A stretch of 64,000 bases of DNA from Cyanobacteria bacterium P01_F01_bin.150 (GCA_039189765.1 JBCCYL010000007.1:92553-156552); one strand, 5' to 3'. Positions 32,114 through 42,637 are shown, counted from the first letter of the stretch. Numbers and translations: made by a program. Notes: generated by a model not told the origin, from the letters alone.

Positions 32114-32190
32114 TGTCCAGACTTTTGGATTGAGGTGAATAGGGCATCTCTTAATGCCAGTGATTCATCCTATCACTCTTACGTCACGCA

Positions 32191-32380
32191 GAGTATCAAC
32201 TTTGGACGGTAGCAGAGGAGTTTACGCTCCCAACACCGCTAATTTTGCTCTGGTTTAGGGGAAAACACTTTAGAGGTACGACCTGAATTGGGTCAAAAAT
32301 TCGGGTTTCGTCTTAAGAGATAAAACAAAATCCATGGCAGTGTGGACGCATCGCGCTCACACTGCCCACCTAAGAACTCA
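32191..32380. repeat. Two degenerate copies of the ~80-bp repeat (B, + strand, ~32191-32268; C, - strand, ~32303-32380)
   Basis: GAGTATCAACTTTGGACGGTAG...ACCGCTAATTTTG and GGGTTTCGTCTTAAG...GGCAGTGTGG..CACACTGCCCACCTAA. Confidence 0.55.
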
Positions 32381-32550
32381 TGAAGCCGCATTTAAAAGGG
32401 ATTGAGAGCCAAAAGCCGAACCCAGAGCGTGGCCCCACAGTAGCATTGAGCCATGTAGAAATAACCGGGGTGACTTTCGACTCTCAGTCCCAAGAGCCTA
32501 GGGCCAGTATTTAAGACTAGGCCAAACAAACTTTGATTAGCTGGGCCAGC

Positions 32551-33264
32551 TTACTCGGCTGTTGCCAATTCAGTGCTGCCCTTAGTCCGACGACGGGTAA
32601 GAGTATTAAATAGCATCCGACCAATAGCTTTGACCAAGTTTCCTTCCAGCTCATTGAACAGCTTCATGTTCATACCAAAAGCGTCGTTGGCTTCATCCAC
32701 GATTCTCTCTGCGGTAGCTTCATCTATGGGTAGATTATCCATCGCATTGCGATACATGTCCTTGAATGCCTTTTCGTCTGTGATGGTAGGAAACTCATAA
32801 AATGCAGTTCCACCTTCATCCAAGTTCATCGCACGTTGGGCAATCTTCTTTAGGATTTGACCACCAGACAGGTCTCCCAGATAACGAGTGTATGAATGTG
32901 CAACCATTAGCTCAGGCTCCTTGGCTGCAATTTCATGAATCCGATCGACATAGGCTTGGCCCATAGGAGAAATTTCAATTTGCTCCTTCCAATCAGCACC
33001 ATAATAAAACTCTAAGTCTTTCTCTAAGCTTTCCTTCCGATCAAGCTCAGTGAAGTAAATTTTTGATAGCACTGGATGGTCGCTATTATTTGCCATCTCT
33101 TCTTCAATGGCAGAATATACAAAATAAAGGTTAGTGACTAACTTCCGATAGGACTTTTTCTCTACAACACCCTTGAGGAAGCACTTTACAAATCCAACAT
33201 TCTCAGCCATGGTGTGAGACTTTTTAGTCCCTTCGCGCAGTTTAGTTGCTAGATTGACACTCAT
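32551..33264 (-). CDS. ho1: Heme oxygenase (biliverdin-producing)
   Basis: REGTKKSHTMAEN, AHSYTRYLGDLSGGQIL and AFYEF. Confidence 0.97.
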   Translation of the reverse strand: MSVNLATKLREGTKKSHTMAENVGFVKCFLKGVVEKKSYRKLVTNLYFVYSAIEEEMANNSDHPVLSKIYFTELDRKESLEKDLEFYYGADWKEQIEISPMGQAYVDRIHEIAAKEPELMVAHSYTRYLGDLSGGQILKKIAQRAMNLDEGGTAFYEFPTITDEKAFKDMYRNAMDNLPIDEATAERIVDEANDAFGMNMKLFNELEGNLVKAIGRMLFNTLTRRRTKGSTELATAE

Positions 33265-33380
33265 TCTAAATTCCTTAACCGTTGTCCCAGTACAAAAGTT
33301 TTTTACGAGAGATTGATGTTTCGCAACCTCTATTTATATGAGGGAGCTTTATTCCCTATTTGCTTAACAATAGACTGATT

Positions 33381-33395
33381 TGAGAATCATTTTCA
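33381..33395. promoter_or_regulatory. Fur-box-like 7-1-7 palindrome upstream of ho1
   Basis: TGAGAAT-C-ATTTTCA. Confidence 0.5.
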
Positions 33396-33767
33396 TTAAA
33401 AAACATTACATTCGATCTAGAAACCATATACCCTGAGGCTTAGTAATCAGCTAGAGAAATGCTTGCAGTTCCACGCCTGCTTTAGTTGTAAGAATACAAT
33501 TTTGTAGAAAGTTCTCATCTACCGCTTCGTGAAGTTGTTAAATCTTTTACGTAGACGGATAGCAATGCCTTTTTATTGTAACATTTTTGAAATATAAATC
33601 ATGGGGGTTGGTCCTTCTAAAAAATACTTTGTTTGCCTGATTTTCCATTATGGTCAAACCTACCCATGAAGTGAGCGGTTACATCTTCAAATTGGCCAAG
33701 TGAGTCAGTTTTCCTTATCTTGGTAGGAAGTAGAAGACTGTGTTTGCATCAGGACTACGGGAGTACT

Positions 33768-34415
33768 ATGTCACTATCTCAGGAGCTATGGCTTGCAAAT
33801 CAAGATTTGATTCAGGCTAGTTTGGGGCACCCTTTTGTTCAGGGTATCGGCGAAGGAAGTTTGCCTCAACTCCAGTTTGCTTATTATGTGGGACAAGATG
33901 CCTTTTTTCTAGAAGCCTTTGCCCGTGCATACAGCATTGCGGCGGCTAAGGCCCCTGATTGGAACGGGTTTAAAGTTTTTCATGAACTTGCTCAAGGGGT
34001 GCTGGAGGAATTGGTACTGCATGAACGTTACGCTCAATCCTGGGAAGTCAATTTATCAGCGATTCAGCCCGGCAGTGCGACACGACAGTATACGGATTTT
34101 TTACTAGTGACTGCATGGAGCCAACCCATTGGCGTAACGGCAGTGGCGATGTCTCCTTGTATGCGTCTGTATGCCTATTTGGGACAACAGTTGGCTCAGC
34201 AGGTTGAGCAAAATAACTGGAGTCCCCATGCCTACACAGACTGGATCAACACCTATAGTGGCGATGAATTTGCTCCTCTGGTGCAGCAACTGGAATCGTT
34301 AGTTGAGCAATATGCTGAGGATACTGAGTTGGTTCGATCGACTTATCGCTATGCTATGGTGTGCGAACGGGATTTCTTTGATGCGGCTTGGAGGTTCACG
34401 CGTGATGCAAACTGA
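33768..34415 (+). CDS. tenA: TenA family protein (thiaminase II / aminopyrimidine aminohydrolase)
   Basis: HPFVQGI, YVGQDAFFL, PCMRLY, YTDWINTY and ERDFF. ATG 33768 follows GGGAG. Confidence 0.88.
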   Translation: MSLSQELWLANQDLIQASLGHPFVQGIGEGSLPQLQFAYYVGQDAFFLEAFARAYSIAAAKAPDWNGFKVFHELAQGVLEELVLHERYAQSWEVNLSAIQPGSATRQYTDFLLVTAWSQPIGVTAVAMSPCMRLYAYLGQQLAQQVEQNNWSPHAYTDWINTYSGDEFAPLVQQLESLVEQYAEDTELVRSTYRYAMVCERDFFDAAWRFTRDAN

Positions 34416-34482
34416 GCGCTAATCTAAAATAAAGCCTCCGGGATATAGCGTATGCTCCAGATGCTTTTGAGATAATCTAACA

Positions 34483-34519
34483 ATGAGAAACCGGGGCACT
34501 CAGTGCCCCGGTTTCTCAT
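34483..34519. terminator. Perfect 18-bp inverted repeat between convergent tenA and rpsU
   Basis: ATGAGAAACCGGGGCACT-C-AGTGCCCCGGTTTCTCAT. Confidence 0.7.
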
Positions 34520-34583
34520 GCTCGAATACAATCCAGTAACACGGACAGCCTTATAAAATCGAAAAGATGTGTCGATAATCGAC

Positions 34584-34766
34584 TCAAAAGCTCCGCTTGT
34601 TTCGCCGTCGTCTCGCGATCGCCTTTCTCTTCCGCTTTTCAATAGGGGATTCAAAATGACGACACTTCTTCATATCTGGAAACAAACCTGCTTTTGATAC
34701 TTCACGTTTGAACCGACGTAAAGCAGATTCAATTCCTTCACTTTCACCAACAATCACTTGAGCCAT
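34584..34766 (-). CDS. rpsU: 30S ribosomal protein S21
   Basis: [28 protein letters not shown]. Strong AAGGAGGAG RBS. Confidence 0.97.
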   Translation of the reverse strand: MAQVIVGESEGIESALRRFKREVSKAGLFPDMKKCRHFESPIEKRKRKAIARRRRNKRSF

Positions 34767-34955
34767 CCAATCTCCTCCTTAATTACAGTGACCAGACTAG
34801 GAAAAAATGAGATGACCTTTACCCATCTACATGAAACCCCTATAGCCTAAAAAATATGTTTACAAGCAGATAACCTTAATGGAGCTTCCATAGAGGATAC
34901 CCAAAACTATAGTGTAGCACTATAAATCTAATTCTATGGGACAAATTTAACCCAA

Positions 34956-36779
34956 TTAATTCTGATGTGAGCTTGTCCACGCAACGATGCCATCAGCAAG
35001 AGTCGTGACTAGTCGCTGTTGTTCTGTCGAATTAATTGCCCATTCAAATTCATCTGGATTGATCATAAAACCTAGTTCCAGTAAAACTGCGGGAGCAGAT
35101 GTAGGACGGGTTAATGCCAGATTGTTCCAAAACACCCCATAAGATGGGCGGTTGAGGTTGTCCACCAGATAATTGTGCAAAAAGACGGCTGGGCTATGAG
35201 CCTGGGTATTGTACCAAAAGGTGCCAATACCTGCGGTGTTAATGGCATCGCCATCGTCTGGCAGGGCATTGTAATGAAGGCTAAGGGCCAAGTGGGGTTC
35301 GGTCGCCTGAATAAGCGAGGCGCGATCGCCAAGACTGACTGTTATGTCCTCTTCTCGGGACATAATCACCTCTGCCCCCCTCTGCTCCAGTTCATCGCGC
35401 AGCAGCAAGGACACATCTAAAACTACATCCTTTTCCGGATAGCCATTTGGCCCTCGTGCGCCCAGCTCCTCACCTCCATGGCCCGGATCGATCAGAATTC
35501 TCATCCCTTGTAAAGGTTGAGACCTGCTCGTTAGTCTCGGCGGATGGTGAAGGGTCAACACTAACGTCGTGTCTTCATAGCGCAAATCGTATCCCCACTG
35601 CTGGTTCGTTTTAAGTTGAAAATTGTAGCTCACTTGATTGGGCTGGGGTTGAGTCCAATCAAGTCGTTCAACCAGCGGGTCATCATTGACAAAAATAGTG
35701 TCCGTCTGAGCGGTGGTATTGTGTAACGTCAGACTAAAGGTGTCGGTGCCTTGACTTACGGTGACGGGTACGGGCCGCTGGAGGGGAAACAGCATTTCGG
35801 TGCGATCGCCTCCCTGGCGCATTTGGGCACTGCGAATCAGCGATTGTGGTGGTGCCGCAACATCCTGTACCTCCACTTTAGTATTGCGAATCCATGCCCC
35901 ATAATCCAAGCGATACCAATCGCCTTCCCGACCCGTTACCAGGGCCTGAGTGCCAGTGGGCAACGGCGTTAATCGAGAATAGCTAGTGCTGGGACCAGTA
36001 CGGGCAGCTCCAGAATCAGCGGTGACGATTACCTGCTGAAAGGGGATGGGTGGGAGAATTTCAACCGAACCAGAGGCGCTTGTTGCCACTGTCTGGCCAT
36101 TAAGCTCCATGCGATAGGTCGGGGGGCCAAAACGCCCTGGGTTGGAAAACGTACTACAGCCTTGATAGGTGCTAATAGGGGACGAACCTGTCTGACTGGT
36201 TTGGTCGTTTGATAAGGGCTGGTTGTTGAAATTCAACACTGCGTAGTTGGGCGGAAGGTCCACGGACAGAGGAGTGGGAGAGAGGGGAATCGTTTGGGTA
36301 TCAAGGGAGACAGAAACGGTGGCGGAAGAAGGGGCGATCGCCTCAAAACAAATTAGCTCCCCTGGCAGTCGAGCGATATCCACTCCGGGAGTAAGGGAAT
36401 TCTCCACAAACGCCACCCCATTTGGAATAGGCGGAGTCGTTGCCAGGCGAGTCACTACCACTATTTTTTCCTGATCTTCGTAGCGCAGGGTAAATTCATT
36501 ATCTCCAATGGACAGGGGAAAACTGGGGGCAAAGTGACCCGCATTATTACGCTCGATAATCTGACCATTGACTAAAACATCTCCCTCCGGGGCCGCTGTG
36601 CCAATTAGAAAAATTTGCTTCGCCGTAGTTTGATGCGCTTCTGGTGGATAGGTTAGGAAGAGGGGCTGCTCTGGCTGTTCTGTTTGGGCCATGGCACTCT
36701 CTGCGCTCAATTCTACGAGACCAACCCCAGCTATTGTTAATCCCAGAAACCAGCCGAATTGCTGCCATGTCTCCTTCAT
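34956..36779 (-). CDS. N-acetylmuramoyl-L-alanine amidase (Amidase_3) with signal peptide and SH3-like domain
   Basis: IDPGHGG, EKDVVL, SLHYNA and LLELGFM. ARTGPS..Y SH3b-like segment. Confidence 0.93.
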   Translation of the reverse strand: MKETWQQFGWFLGLTIAGVGLVELSAESAMAQTEQPEQPLFLTYPPEAHQTTAKQIFLIGTAAPEGDVLVNGQIIERNNAGHFAPSFPLSIGDNEFTLRYEDQEKIVVVTRLATTPPIPNGVAFVENSLTPGVDIARLPGELICFEAIAPSSATVSVSLDTQTIPLSPTPLSVDLPPNYAVLNFNNQPLSNDQTSQTGSSPISTYQGCSTFSNPGRFGPPTYRMELNGQTVATSASGSVEILPPIPFQQVIVTADSGAARTGPSTSYSRLTPLPTGTQALVTGREGDWYRLDYGAWIRNTKVEVQDVAAPPQSLIRSAQMRQGGDRTEMLFPLQRPVPVTVSQGTDTFSLTLHNTTAQTDTIFVNDDPLVERLDWTQPQPNQVSYNFQLKTNQQWGYDLRYEDTTLVLTLHHPPRLTSRSQPLQGMRILIDPGHGGEELGARGPNGYPEKDVVLDVSLLLRDELEQRGAEVIMSREEDITVSLGDRASLIQATEPHLALSLHYNALPDDGDAINTAGIGTFWYNTQAHSPAVFLHNYLVDNLNRPSYGVFWNNLALTRPTSAPAVLLELGFMINPDEFEWAINSTEQQRLVTTLADGIVAWTSSHQN

Positions 36780-36882
36780 TGTTTATTTACTCCAAGATTT
36801 TTTTGCCAATTGGTCTGAAAAGGCCCCATCCAAGATGGAAAAAATTATTTTCGCGATAGACTTCCCCTATCGCTACGCCTTG

Positions 36883-36962
36883 GGGTTTCGTTTTAACGCG
36901 AAACAGAATTGACGGTGGTATGGACGCATTGCACCTACACCACCCGCCTAAAGTTTATACCC
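36883..36962 (-). mobile_element. ~80-bp MITE-like repeat, copy D
   Basis: GGGTTTCGTTTTAACGCGAAAC...CACCCGCCTAAAGTTTATACCC, the reverse complement of the family consensus. Confidence 0.7.
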
Positions 36963-37155
36963 AGCTTGTCCTGCATCATATAGCGTGGGCTATTAATTTT
37001 GGCGAAACGCTACCGAATGTAACGGGCCATGCTTTGTTTCCATCACCAAACATTTCCTTTACAATCTCTTTGGAGATATGGCTTTAATGCAGGATCTCCC
37101 AAACTCTGCCTAGCGGTGGAGCCTGTCAGTAAAGCACAATAATCTAGAGCATCTA

Positions 37156-38139
37156 ATGTCAATCATTGCGGTTGATTCCCTTAGTAAAGTTTATCCAGTA
37201 GCGGTTAAAGACCCTGGGATTAAAGGAACTCTGACCCATTTTTTTAAGCGCACCTATCGTCAAATTAGGGCTGTTCAGGATATTTCCTTTGATATCGAAC
37301 CAGGGGAAGTAGTGGGGTTTTTAGGGCCAAACGGTGCGGGAAAAACGACTACGTTGAAAATGTTGACCGGATTAATTCATCCTAGTCAGGGCCATGTCAG
37401 AGTCGCCGGACATGTCCCATTTAAGCGCCGGTCTCCTTTTTTGCATCAAATCACTTTGGTGATGGGTCAAAAACAACAGTTAATTTGGGACTTGCCTACT
37501 CTGGATTCTATTCGGATCAACGCTGCGGTCTATAGCCTTTCCGATAAAGAGTTTCGGCATCGGGTGGGTGAATTGACTGAGATGTTATCCCTTGAAGCTA
37601 AGTTAACCCAGCCTGTGCGTAAGTTATCCCTGGGGGAACGGATGAAGGCTGAGCTGCTGGCGGCTTTAATCCATCGCCCCAAGATTCTTTTCCTCGATGA
37701 ACCCACTCTGGGATTGGATGTGAATGCCCAGACCAATGTCCGCCAGTTTCTCAAAGACTATAACGAGCGCTATCAGGCAACCGTTTTATTAACTAGTCAC
37801 TATATGGCTGATATCACCGCGTTATGTAAGCGAGTGTTGCTGATTTATCAGGGACAGCTAATCTATGATGGTGACCTTGAGCAGCTCTTAGGCCAGTTTG
37901 CTCCGTATCGTGAGGTTACTGTGGATTTGGCACATCCTTACACGACAGAGCAGATCACAAATTTTGGTGGAGAATTAAAATCTTTAGAGGGCTGCATTGC
38001 TCGTTTAATTGTGCAGCGTCACGAACTTACCCATGTGGTCGCCCAAATTCTAGCAGGGTTGGATGTGCAGGATCTGACGATTACAGACCCACCCATTGAA
38101 GAAGTTATTGGCCGGGTCTTTCAGGCTGGTGCCGTTTAA
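37156..38139 (+). CDS. ABC transporter ATP-binding protein
   Basis: GPNGAGKTT, LSLGERMK, FLDEPT and TSHYM. Confidence 0.95.
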   Translation: MSIIAVDSLSKVYPVAVKDPGIKGTLTHFFKRTYRQIRAVQDISFDIEPGEVVGFLGPNGAGKTTTLKMLTGLIHPSQGHVRVAGHVPFKRRSPFLHQITLVMGQKQQLIWDLPTLDSIRINAAVYSLSDKEFRHRVGELTEMLSLEAKLTQPVRKLSLGERMKAELLAALIHRPKILFLDEPTLGLDVNAQTNVRQFLKDYNERYQATVLLTSHYMADITALCKRVLLIYQGQLIYDGDLEQLLGQFAPYREVTVDLAHPYTTEQITNFGGELKSLEGCIARLIVQRHELTHVVAQILAGLDVQDLTITDPPIEEVIGRVFQAGAV

Positions 38140-38221
38140 TCTGGACAGTAAGTGAGATTGTGTCCTCAAGAAATGTTAGTATTGAACGAAATTCTAAACG
38201 TTTTTAAGAGGTGGATTGAGC

Positions 38222-38359
38222 ATGGCAGGGGTATTGCTACTTGCAGAATTGCCAGAGGCATATGCGATTTTTAATCCATTGGTAGATGTTCTACCAATTA
38301 TTCCCGTATTCTTTCTGCTGTTAGCCTTCGTCTGGCAAGCGGCAATTGGATTTCGTTAG
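38222..38359 (+). CDS. psbK: Photosystem II protein K (not in the ORF track)
   Basis: Translates to [55 protein letters not shown]. Confidence 0.97.
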   Translation: MAGVLLLAELPEAYAIFNPLVDVLPIIPVFFLLLAFVWQAAIGFR

Positions 38360-38569
38360 GCTTGTTTGATTCTTTTTGAGTCAATTTAATATTCAGAGAG
38401 TGATTAGGGATAGCATCTTGCTTTGCTGTTGCTCTCAATTTAGGTACCTCTTTTATTTAGGACGGTGCCTTTTTATTTGTGTGCGTGACTGCGCCATCAT
38501 GTACCTAGACGCGGCCTCAACTGTTGCTGCTCCCTTTAGGAATGAGGATTTGATAGCGTATCTATACGT

Positions 38570-38712
38570 AGTACCGTGATACGCCTTAAATAGTGGATTA
38601 GAAAGATGCGTTACGGCTATCTCCTAACACATCCTACGTCATACAGTGTAAGTGGTTGCGTAGGGTGCCATTAGCGACAGCGTAACTCACTATTGTAGGA
38701 CGTTTGACACTT
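38570..38712 (+). repeat. REP-containing MITE-like repeat, copy 1
   Basis: Direct homolog of 39081-39252 (ACGCCTTAAAT..TGGATTAGAA..GATGC.TTACGGCT..CCTAC..GCGTAGG.TGCCATTAGCGACAGCGTAA). Confidence 0.65.
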
Positions 38713-38770
38713 TAATAGATCCTCATTCTTTACGATGCTTAAGGGCATGTTTATTAAAAGTGTAGTAGTT

Positions 38771-38974
38771 CTACTTCTTTTTCTTCTTACGACCTGCGGT
38801 AGCATCTACAGCTTCCAACTCTGACATATTGAAGGTGATGATTTTATCCCAATTCCCCCCTTCAAATAGAACGGCTACCTTGCCATCATTGATACGCTGC
38901 ACCAATCCTTGGAAGCCATAGTAGATATCGTCAATATTTGTAACCCGAACCGCCGATCCTGGAAAAATCATCAT
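38771..38974 (-). CDS. ndhS: NAD(P)H dehydrogenase subunit NdhS
   Basis: [36 protein letters not shown]. Confidence 0.95.
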   Translation of the reverse strand: MMIFPGSAVRVTNIDDIYYGFQGLVQRINDGKVAVLFEGGNWDKIITFNMSELEAVDATAGRKKKKK

Positions 38975-39080
38975 TGCTTCTGCTTTCTACCCACTGAACG
39001 TCTGTGCCTACTATAATCCTTTTCATAAGTATTTTGGCTTATTTTAGATGCTCTTGCAGACAAGCCTAACTATTGCTTGC

Positions 39081-39252
39081 TAGTGGCATGACACGCCTTA
39101 AATGCATGGATTAGAACGATGCATTACGGCTTAGTGCGTTTCACGCAGGCTTCGCCAGCGCCTAATGCCTCCTACTCCATACAACGTAAGCGATCGCGTA
39201 GGATGCCATTAGCGACAGCGTAATGCACCGTTTTAGAGTTGTCACGCTACTA
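39081..39252 (+). mobile_element. REP-containing MITE-like repeat, copy 2, with terminal inverted repeats
   Basis: Ends TAGTGGCATGACA / TGTCACGCTACTA, both embedded in CTAG. Confidence 0.6.
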
Positions 39253-39278
39253 GTAATCCTTTGTCAGTATCATCTGCT

Positions 39279-39310
39279 GGGGATCAACTTTAGGCGGGTA
39301 GTGGGGGCAC
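39279..39310 (+). repeat. Truncated 5' half of the ~80-bp repeat (copy E)
   Basis: GGGGATCAACTTTAGGCGGGTAGTGGGGGCAC. Confidence 0.6.
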
Positions 39311-39313
39311 TGT

Positions 39314-40720
39314 CTATGACGCTTTAGCAGGGAGTACCCGGTTTTCAAATTTTGGGTCTTGGGCATTTACCTGATGAGCACGATAGCGAATCCAAGGAAA
39401 GGCTCGCTGGGCGATCGCCAATCTCGCGATAGTTTTGGTCGGGTCGGACAAGTGAGATGTAGGCAATTTTTCGCCGAGTGCCTTAAACACTAAGCCAAGA
39501 GGAACGCTAATTTCATCTTGAAGCTGAAGACAGCGGCTAAAGAACGAACCGTAGGCTGACATTACGGGACCAACTCCTCCCCGTGCCTGCCCCCAACCAA
39601 CAAAATACAGTCCTTTATAGTCAGCTAAATGGACCCCACCGTAGCACTGTACAGTTGCGCCTAGGACGCGGTTAAGCTCTGATGGCAGAAACGGATAGGC
39701 GACATGGTAGCCGGTCGCACAAATAATTAGATCAAACTGTTCCGCTGTGCCATCTACAAAACGAACGGTCTTTCCCTGTAAACGCTCAATGCCGGGTTTT
39801 GAAGTGATGCGACCATGCTTTAAATAGTAAGGGACCTCGTTATTTATGGTTGGGTGCTTACTCAGCAAGCGATGTCGAGGCTTTGGCATGCCGTAGCTCT
39901 GGTGAGGGCCAAAGGAGAGGCGAATAATGCCGTGGATAATTAAACGCTGGAGCCAGTCCGGCATCCACCACTGTGCTAGTTCCGCCACAGGCATTCCGGC
40001 AATAGTTTTGGGGATAAACCACACTGAATCCCGCATACTCAACGTTGAAGCTGCACCAACCCGACCGGCTTCCGCTGCAATGTCGCAGGCCGAGTTGCCG
40101 CCGCCGATGACTAAGACCCTCTTTCCCTCTAGCTGCCGGGGGTGTCTGTAGTCCTTGGAGTGGATAATGTCACCATCAAAGGTCCCTTCAAACTCGGGGA
40201 AGCGCTTGCACCAGTGATGACCATTGCAGAGAATGACCCCTTTGTAGTAGCGCTCTTCTCCATTTGCAAACGTGACGGCCCAGCGACTGTGTTCAACGGG
40301 CGTAACTTGGGTAACGGAGCGATCGCACTCAATATGCTCCCTCAACCCAAAGTGATCCGCAAATTCATGTAAATAGACCAGCATCTGCCGAGCACTGGGA
40401 AAATCAGGATAATCGTCCGGCATTGGGAAGTGAGTAAACTCGGTGGTCTTGCGGGATGAAATAATATGGGCTGTTGCATAAACGCCGTGATGCCAGTTGC
40501 CGCCAATATCGTCGCTAGCGTCCACCTGATCATAGGCAATATCCGCCGCCTTTAACGCCTGGGCAATCCCCAACCCGACAAAACCTGCGCCAATAATCAG
40601 ATGCTTGTGGCCGTACTGCTCGCCATCGCGCTGGCAGGCATTGGGCGAATTAGGGGAAAAATTAGTCACATAGGACTGGGATGCCTTGGATGAACGCTGT
40701 AACGGTTTAGTGGAAGACAC
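39314..40720 (-). CDS. Flavin-containing monooxygenase (FMO-like)
   Basis: GAGFVG, GGNW, FDGDIIHSKDY (FxGxxxHxxxY), GGGNSA and ATGY. Confidence 0.93.
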   Translation of the reverse strand: MSSTKPLQRSSKASQSYVTNFSPNSPNACQRDGEQYGHKHLIIGAGFVGLGIAQALKAADIAYDQVDASDDIGGNWHHGVYATAHIISSRKTTEFTHFPMPDDYPDFPSARQMLVYLHEFADHFGLREHIECDRSVTQVTPVEHSRWAVTFANGEERYYKGVILCNGHHWCKRFPEFEGTFDGDIIHSKDYRHPRQLEGKRVLVIGGGNSACDIAAEAGRVGAASTLSMRDSVWFIPKTIAGMPVAELAQWWMPDWLQRLIIHGIIRLSFGPHQSYGMPKPRHRLLSKHPTINNEVPYYLKHGRITSKPGIERLQGKTVRFVDGTAEQFDLIICATGYHVAYPFLPSELNRVLGATVQCYGGVHLADYKGLYFVGWGQARGGVGPVMSAYGSFFSRCLQLQDEISVPLGLVFKALGEKLPTSHLSDPTKTIARLAIAQRAFPWIRYRAHQVNAQDPKFENRVLPAKAS

Positions 40721-41062
40721 TGGTATGAAAATCCATTGCTTGAATTCCCTTTATCCTACAGGATTCAGCTTTGGGCAATGGATAGTGATGTGGCGATCGC
40801 CTTCATCCCATGCGTTCTTTGAGACTCCCTAAATGCTCCAATTTTGAAATTGACCCCAGCAACCGCATGCATCACTGCTGGGGCGATCGCCTTTTCTCAC
40901 TCCCTAGAACCCTTATCAATTCCTTATCTTTGGCTATGTAACTGCGTTCCTCTCTGTTTGAGCAATTGGTCGATTCAGTAAAGTGACCTAAAGTCTCTTG
41001 AGGTTCTGAGGGACTTGCTTGATAGTAAGGGCATCAGAGACGAATAGCCCTTTATCCCCCCC

Positions 41063-41343
41063 ATGAGTGATTTTACAACTTTACAACGCGCCCCTTAATG
41101 CTCAAGTTCCTGGACTACGCTAGCGGCAGCAAGCATTTTGAGCTTATTGAACCGTTTAACCACTACGTTGGCCACGACGGCAGTGATGATGTTATTTCAG
41201 TACCTGCAGGCTTTCAAACAGACTTTGCTAGCGTTCCCTGTGTATTCTGGCCCATTTTGCCTCCAGTGGGCCGATACAGCAAAGCCGCTGTCATTCATGA
41301 CTATCTGTGTGCGCAATATGAAGAATGTCACTATCAATTCTGA
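41063..41343 (+). pseudogene. DUF1353-like gene remnant
   Basis: VPAGFQTDFASVP..YSKAAVIHDYL motif. An 8-bp duplication near the 5' end shifts the frame, and there is an early stop at 41343. Confidence 0.7.
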
Positions 41344-41626
41344 ATGGAGAGGCCAACGCTATGGCCAATCTGACTCTTATCCAGAAAGTCCTATACATGG
41401 CAGCATAAGTGCTAAATGATCATTTCCTGTACGTTTTTCCTCCTTCACTCGCTCCTACAGCCGTTGATGGTTCTGTTTTTTCCCCAGAGACCATTAGCGG
41501 CTTTTCTTATGCCAGTTGCAATGGAATCGTTTTTCAACGTCCATTTGTCGGTCAATCAGGAGTAGGATATCTAGAGGTTTATTTATTGTCTCCGGACACT
41601 GCCAATTATTCTAAACGTGCGCTTTT

Positions 41627-42454
41627 ATGTCACCACCCGTTGATCCCATCATTGTCGAATTTGGTCCGTTTGTGCTGCGATGGTACGGCCTGCTGATGGT
41701 CTCCGCCATCCTGGTTGGCACAACAATTGCCAGCAAATACGTCGCTCGTAAAGGCCAAGACCCCGATGACTTTTGGGACATGCTGCTTTGGGTGATGATC
41801 CCTGGATTTATCGGGGCACGCCTCTACTATGTCTTTGTACAATCTTCGGATACGGCATATTACCTTAATAATCCTGGTGAGATTTTACGAGTTTGGGGGG
41901 GCGGTATCCACATTTTTGGAGCGTTTATTTTAGGAGGGATTGCGCTGTGGTTATTTACCCGCATTCGCCAGTTGCCGACGCTAATTTTTCTAGATGCGAT
42001 TGGGTTGGCGACTCCACTGGCCCAAGCGATTGGTCGCTGGGGCAATTTTATCAACCAAGAACTTTACGGTCCGCCAACAAACTGGCCTTTTGGACTGAAC
42101 ATTGATCCCCTTCACCGCATTGGCCCGTATCAAGATTTAATGGCATATCCAGAAAGTACGCGATTCCATGCGCTGTTTCTCTACGAATCTGTCTGGAATG
42201 TTTTGGGATTTATCGTTATTTTCTGGCTCTCTCGTCGCTTTGAACGAGTTCTCAAACCGGGAGATGTGATTTTGATGTACTTAATTTGGTATCCATTTGG
42301 TCGATTTTTTATTGAGTTTCTCCGCACTGACTCATGGTTTTTCCCTGGGACGCCGTTTAATGTGGTGCATATTTTAAGCGCGATCGCCTTACTGTTGGCT
42401 GGGCTTGTTCTATATGTTCGCCATGGACGCCCCAAGCCTCAGGTCTCTCCATAG
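41627..42454 (+). CDS. lgt: Prolipoprotein diacylglyceryl transferase
   Basis: RWYGL, GARLYYV, GRWGNFINQELYG, LYES and RFFIEFLR. Confidence 0.96.
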   Translation: MSPPVDPIIVEFGPFVLRWYGLLMVSAILVGTTIASKYVARKGQDPDDFWDMLLWVMIPGFIGARLYYVFVQSSDTAYYLNNPGEILRVWGGGIHIFGAFILGGIALWLFTRIRQLPTLIFLDAIGLATPLAQAIGRWGNFINQELYGPPTNWPFGLNIDPLHRIGPYQDLMAYPESTRFHALFLYESVWNVLGFIVIFWLSRRFERVLKPGDVILMYLIWYPFGRFFIEFLRTDSWFFPGTPFNVVHILSAIALLLAGLVLYVRHGRPKPQVSP

Positions 42455-42492
42455 GACTTTTCCATGGTCATGCTGAAGTGCTCCATTATCCC

Positions 42493-42527
42493 GAATCCTA
42501 ATGGCTTTAGCCGTGGGAGTGGATCAA
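42493..42527 (+). mobile_element. Isolated IS200/IS605 (or IS607)-type right-end remnant
   Basis: GAATCC..TGGCTTTAGCCGTGGGAGTGGATCAA resembles the hairpin+TCAA right end of tnpB elements. Confidence 0.45.
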
Positions 42528-42637
42528 GGTTAAGCTAATAGTCTAGCAAGCAATAAATTAAAGAGAGGGGATGTACACTCTTTCCCCAAGCTGTTGATGC
42601 AATGCTCTAGGACTTGAACTATCGTAGAGGAAACGCC

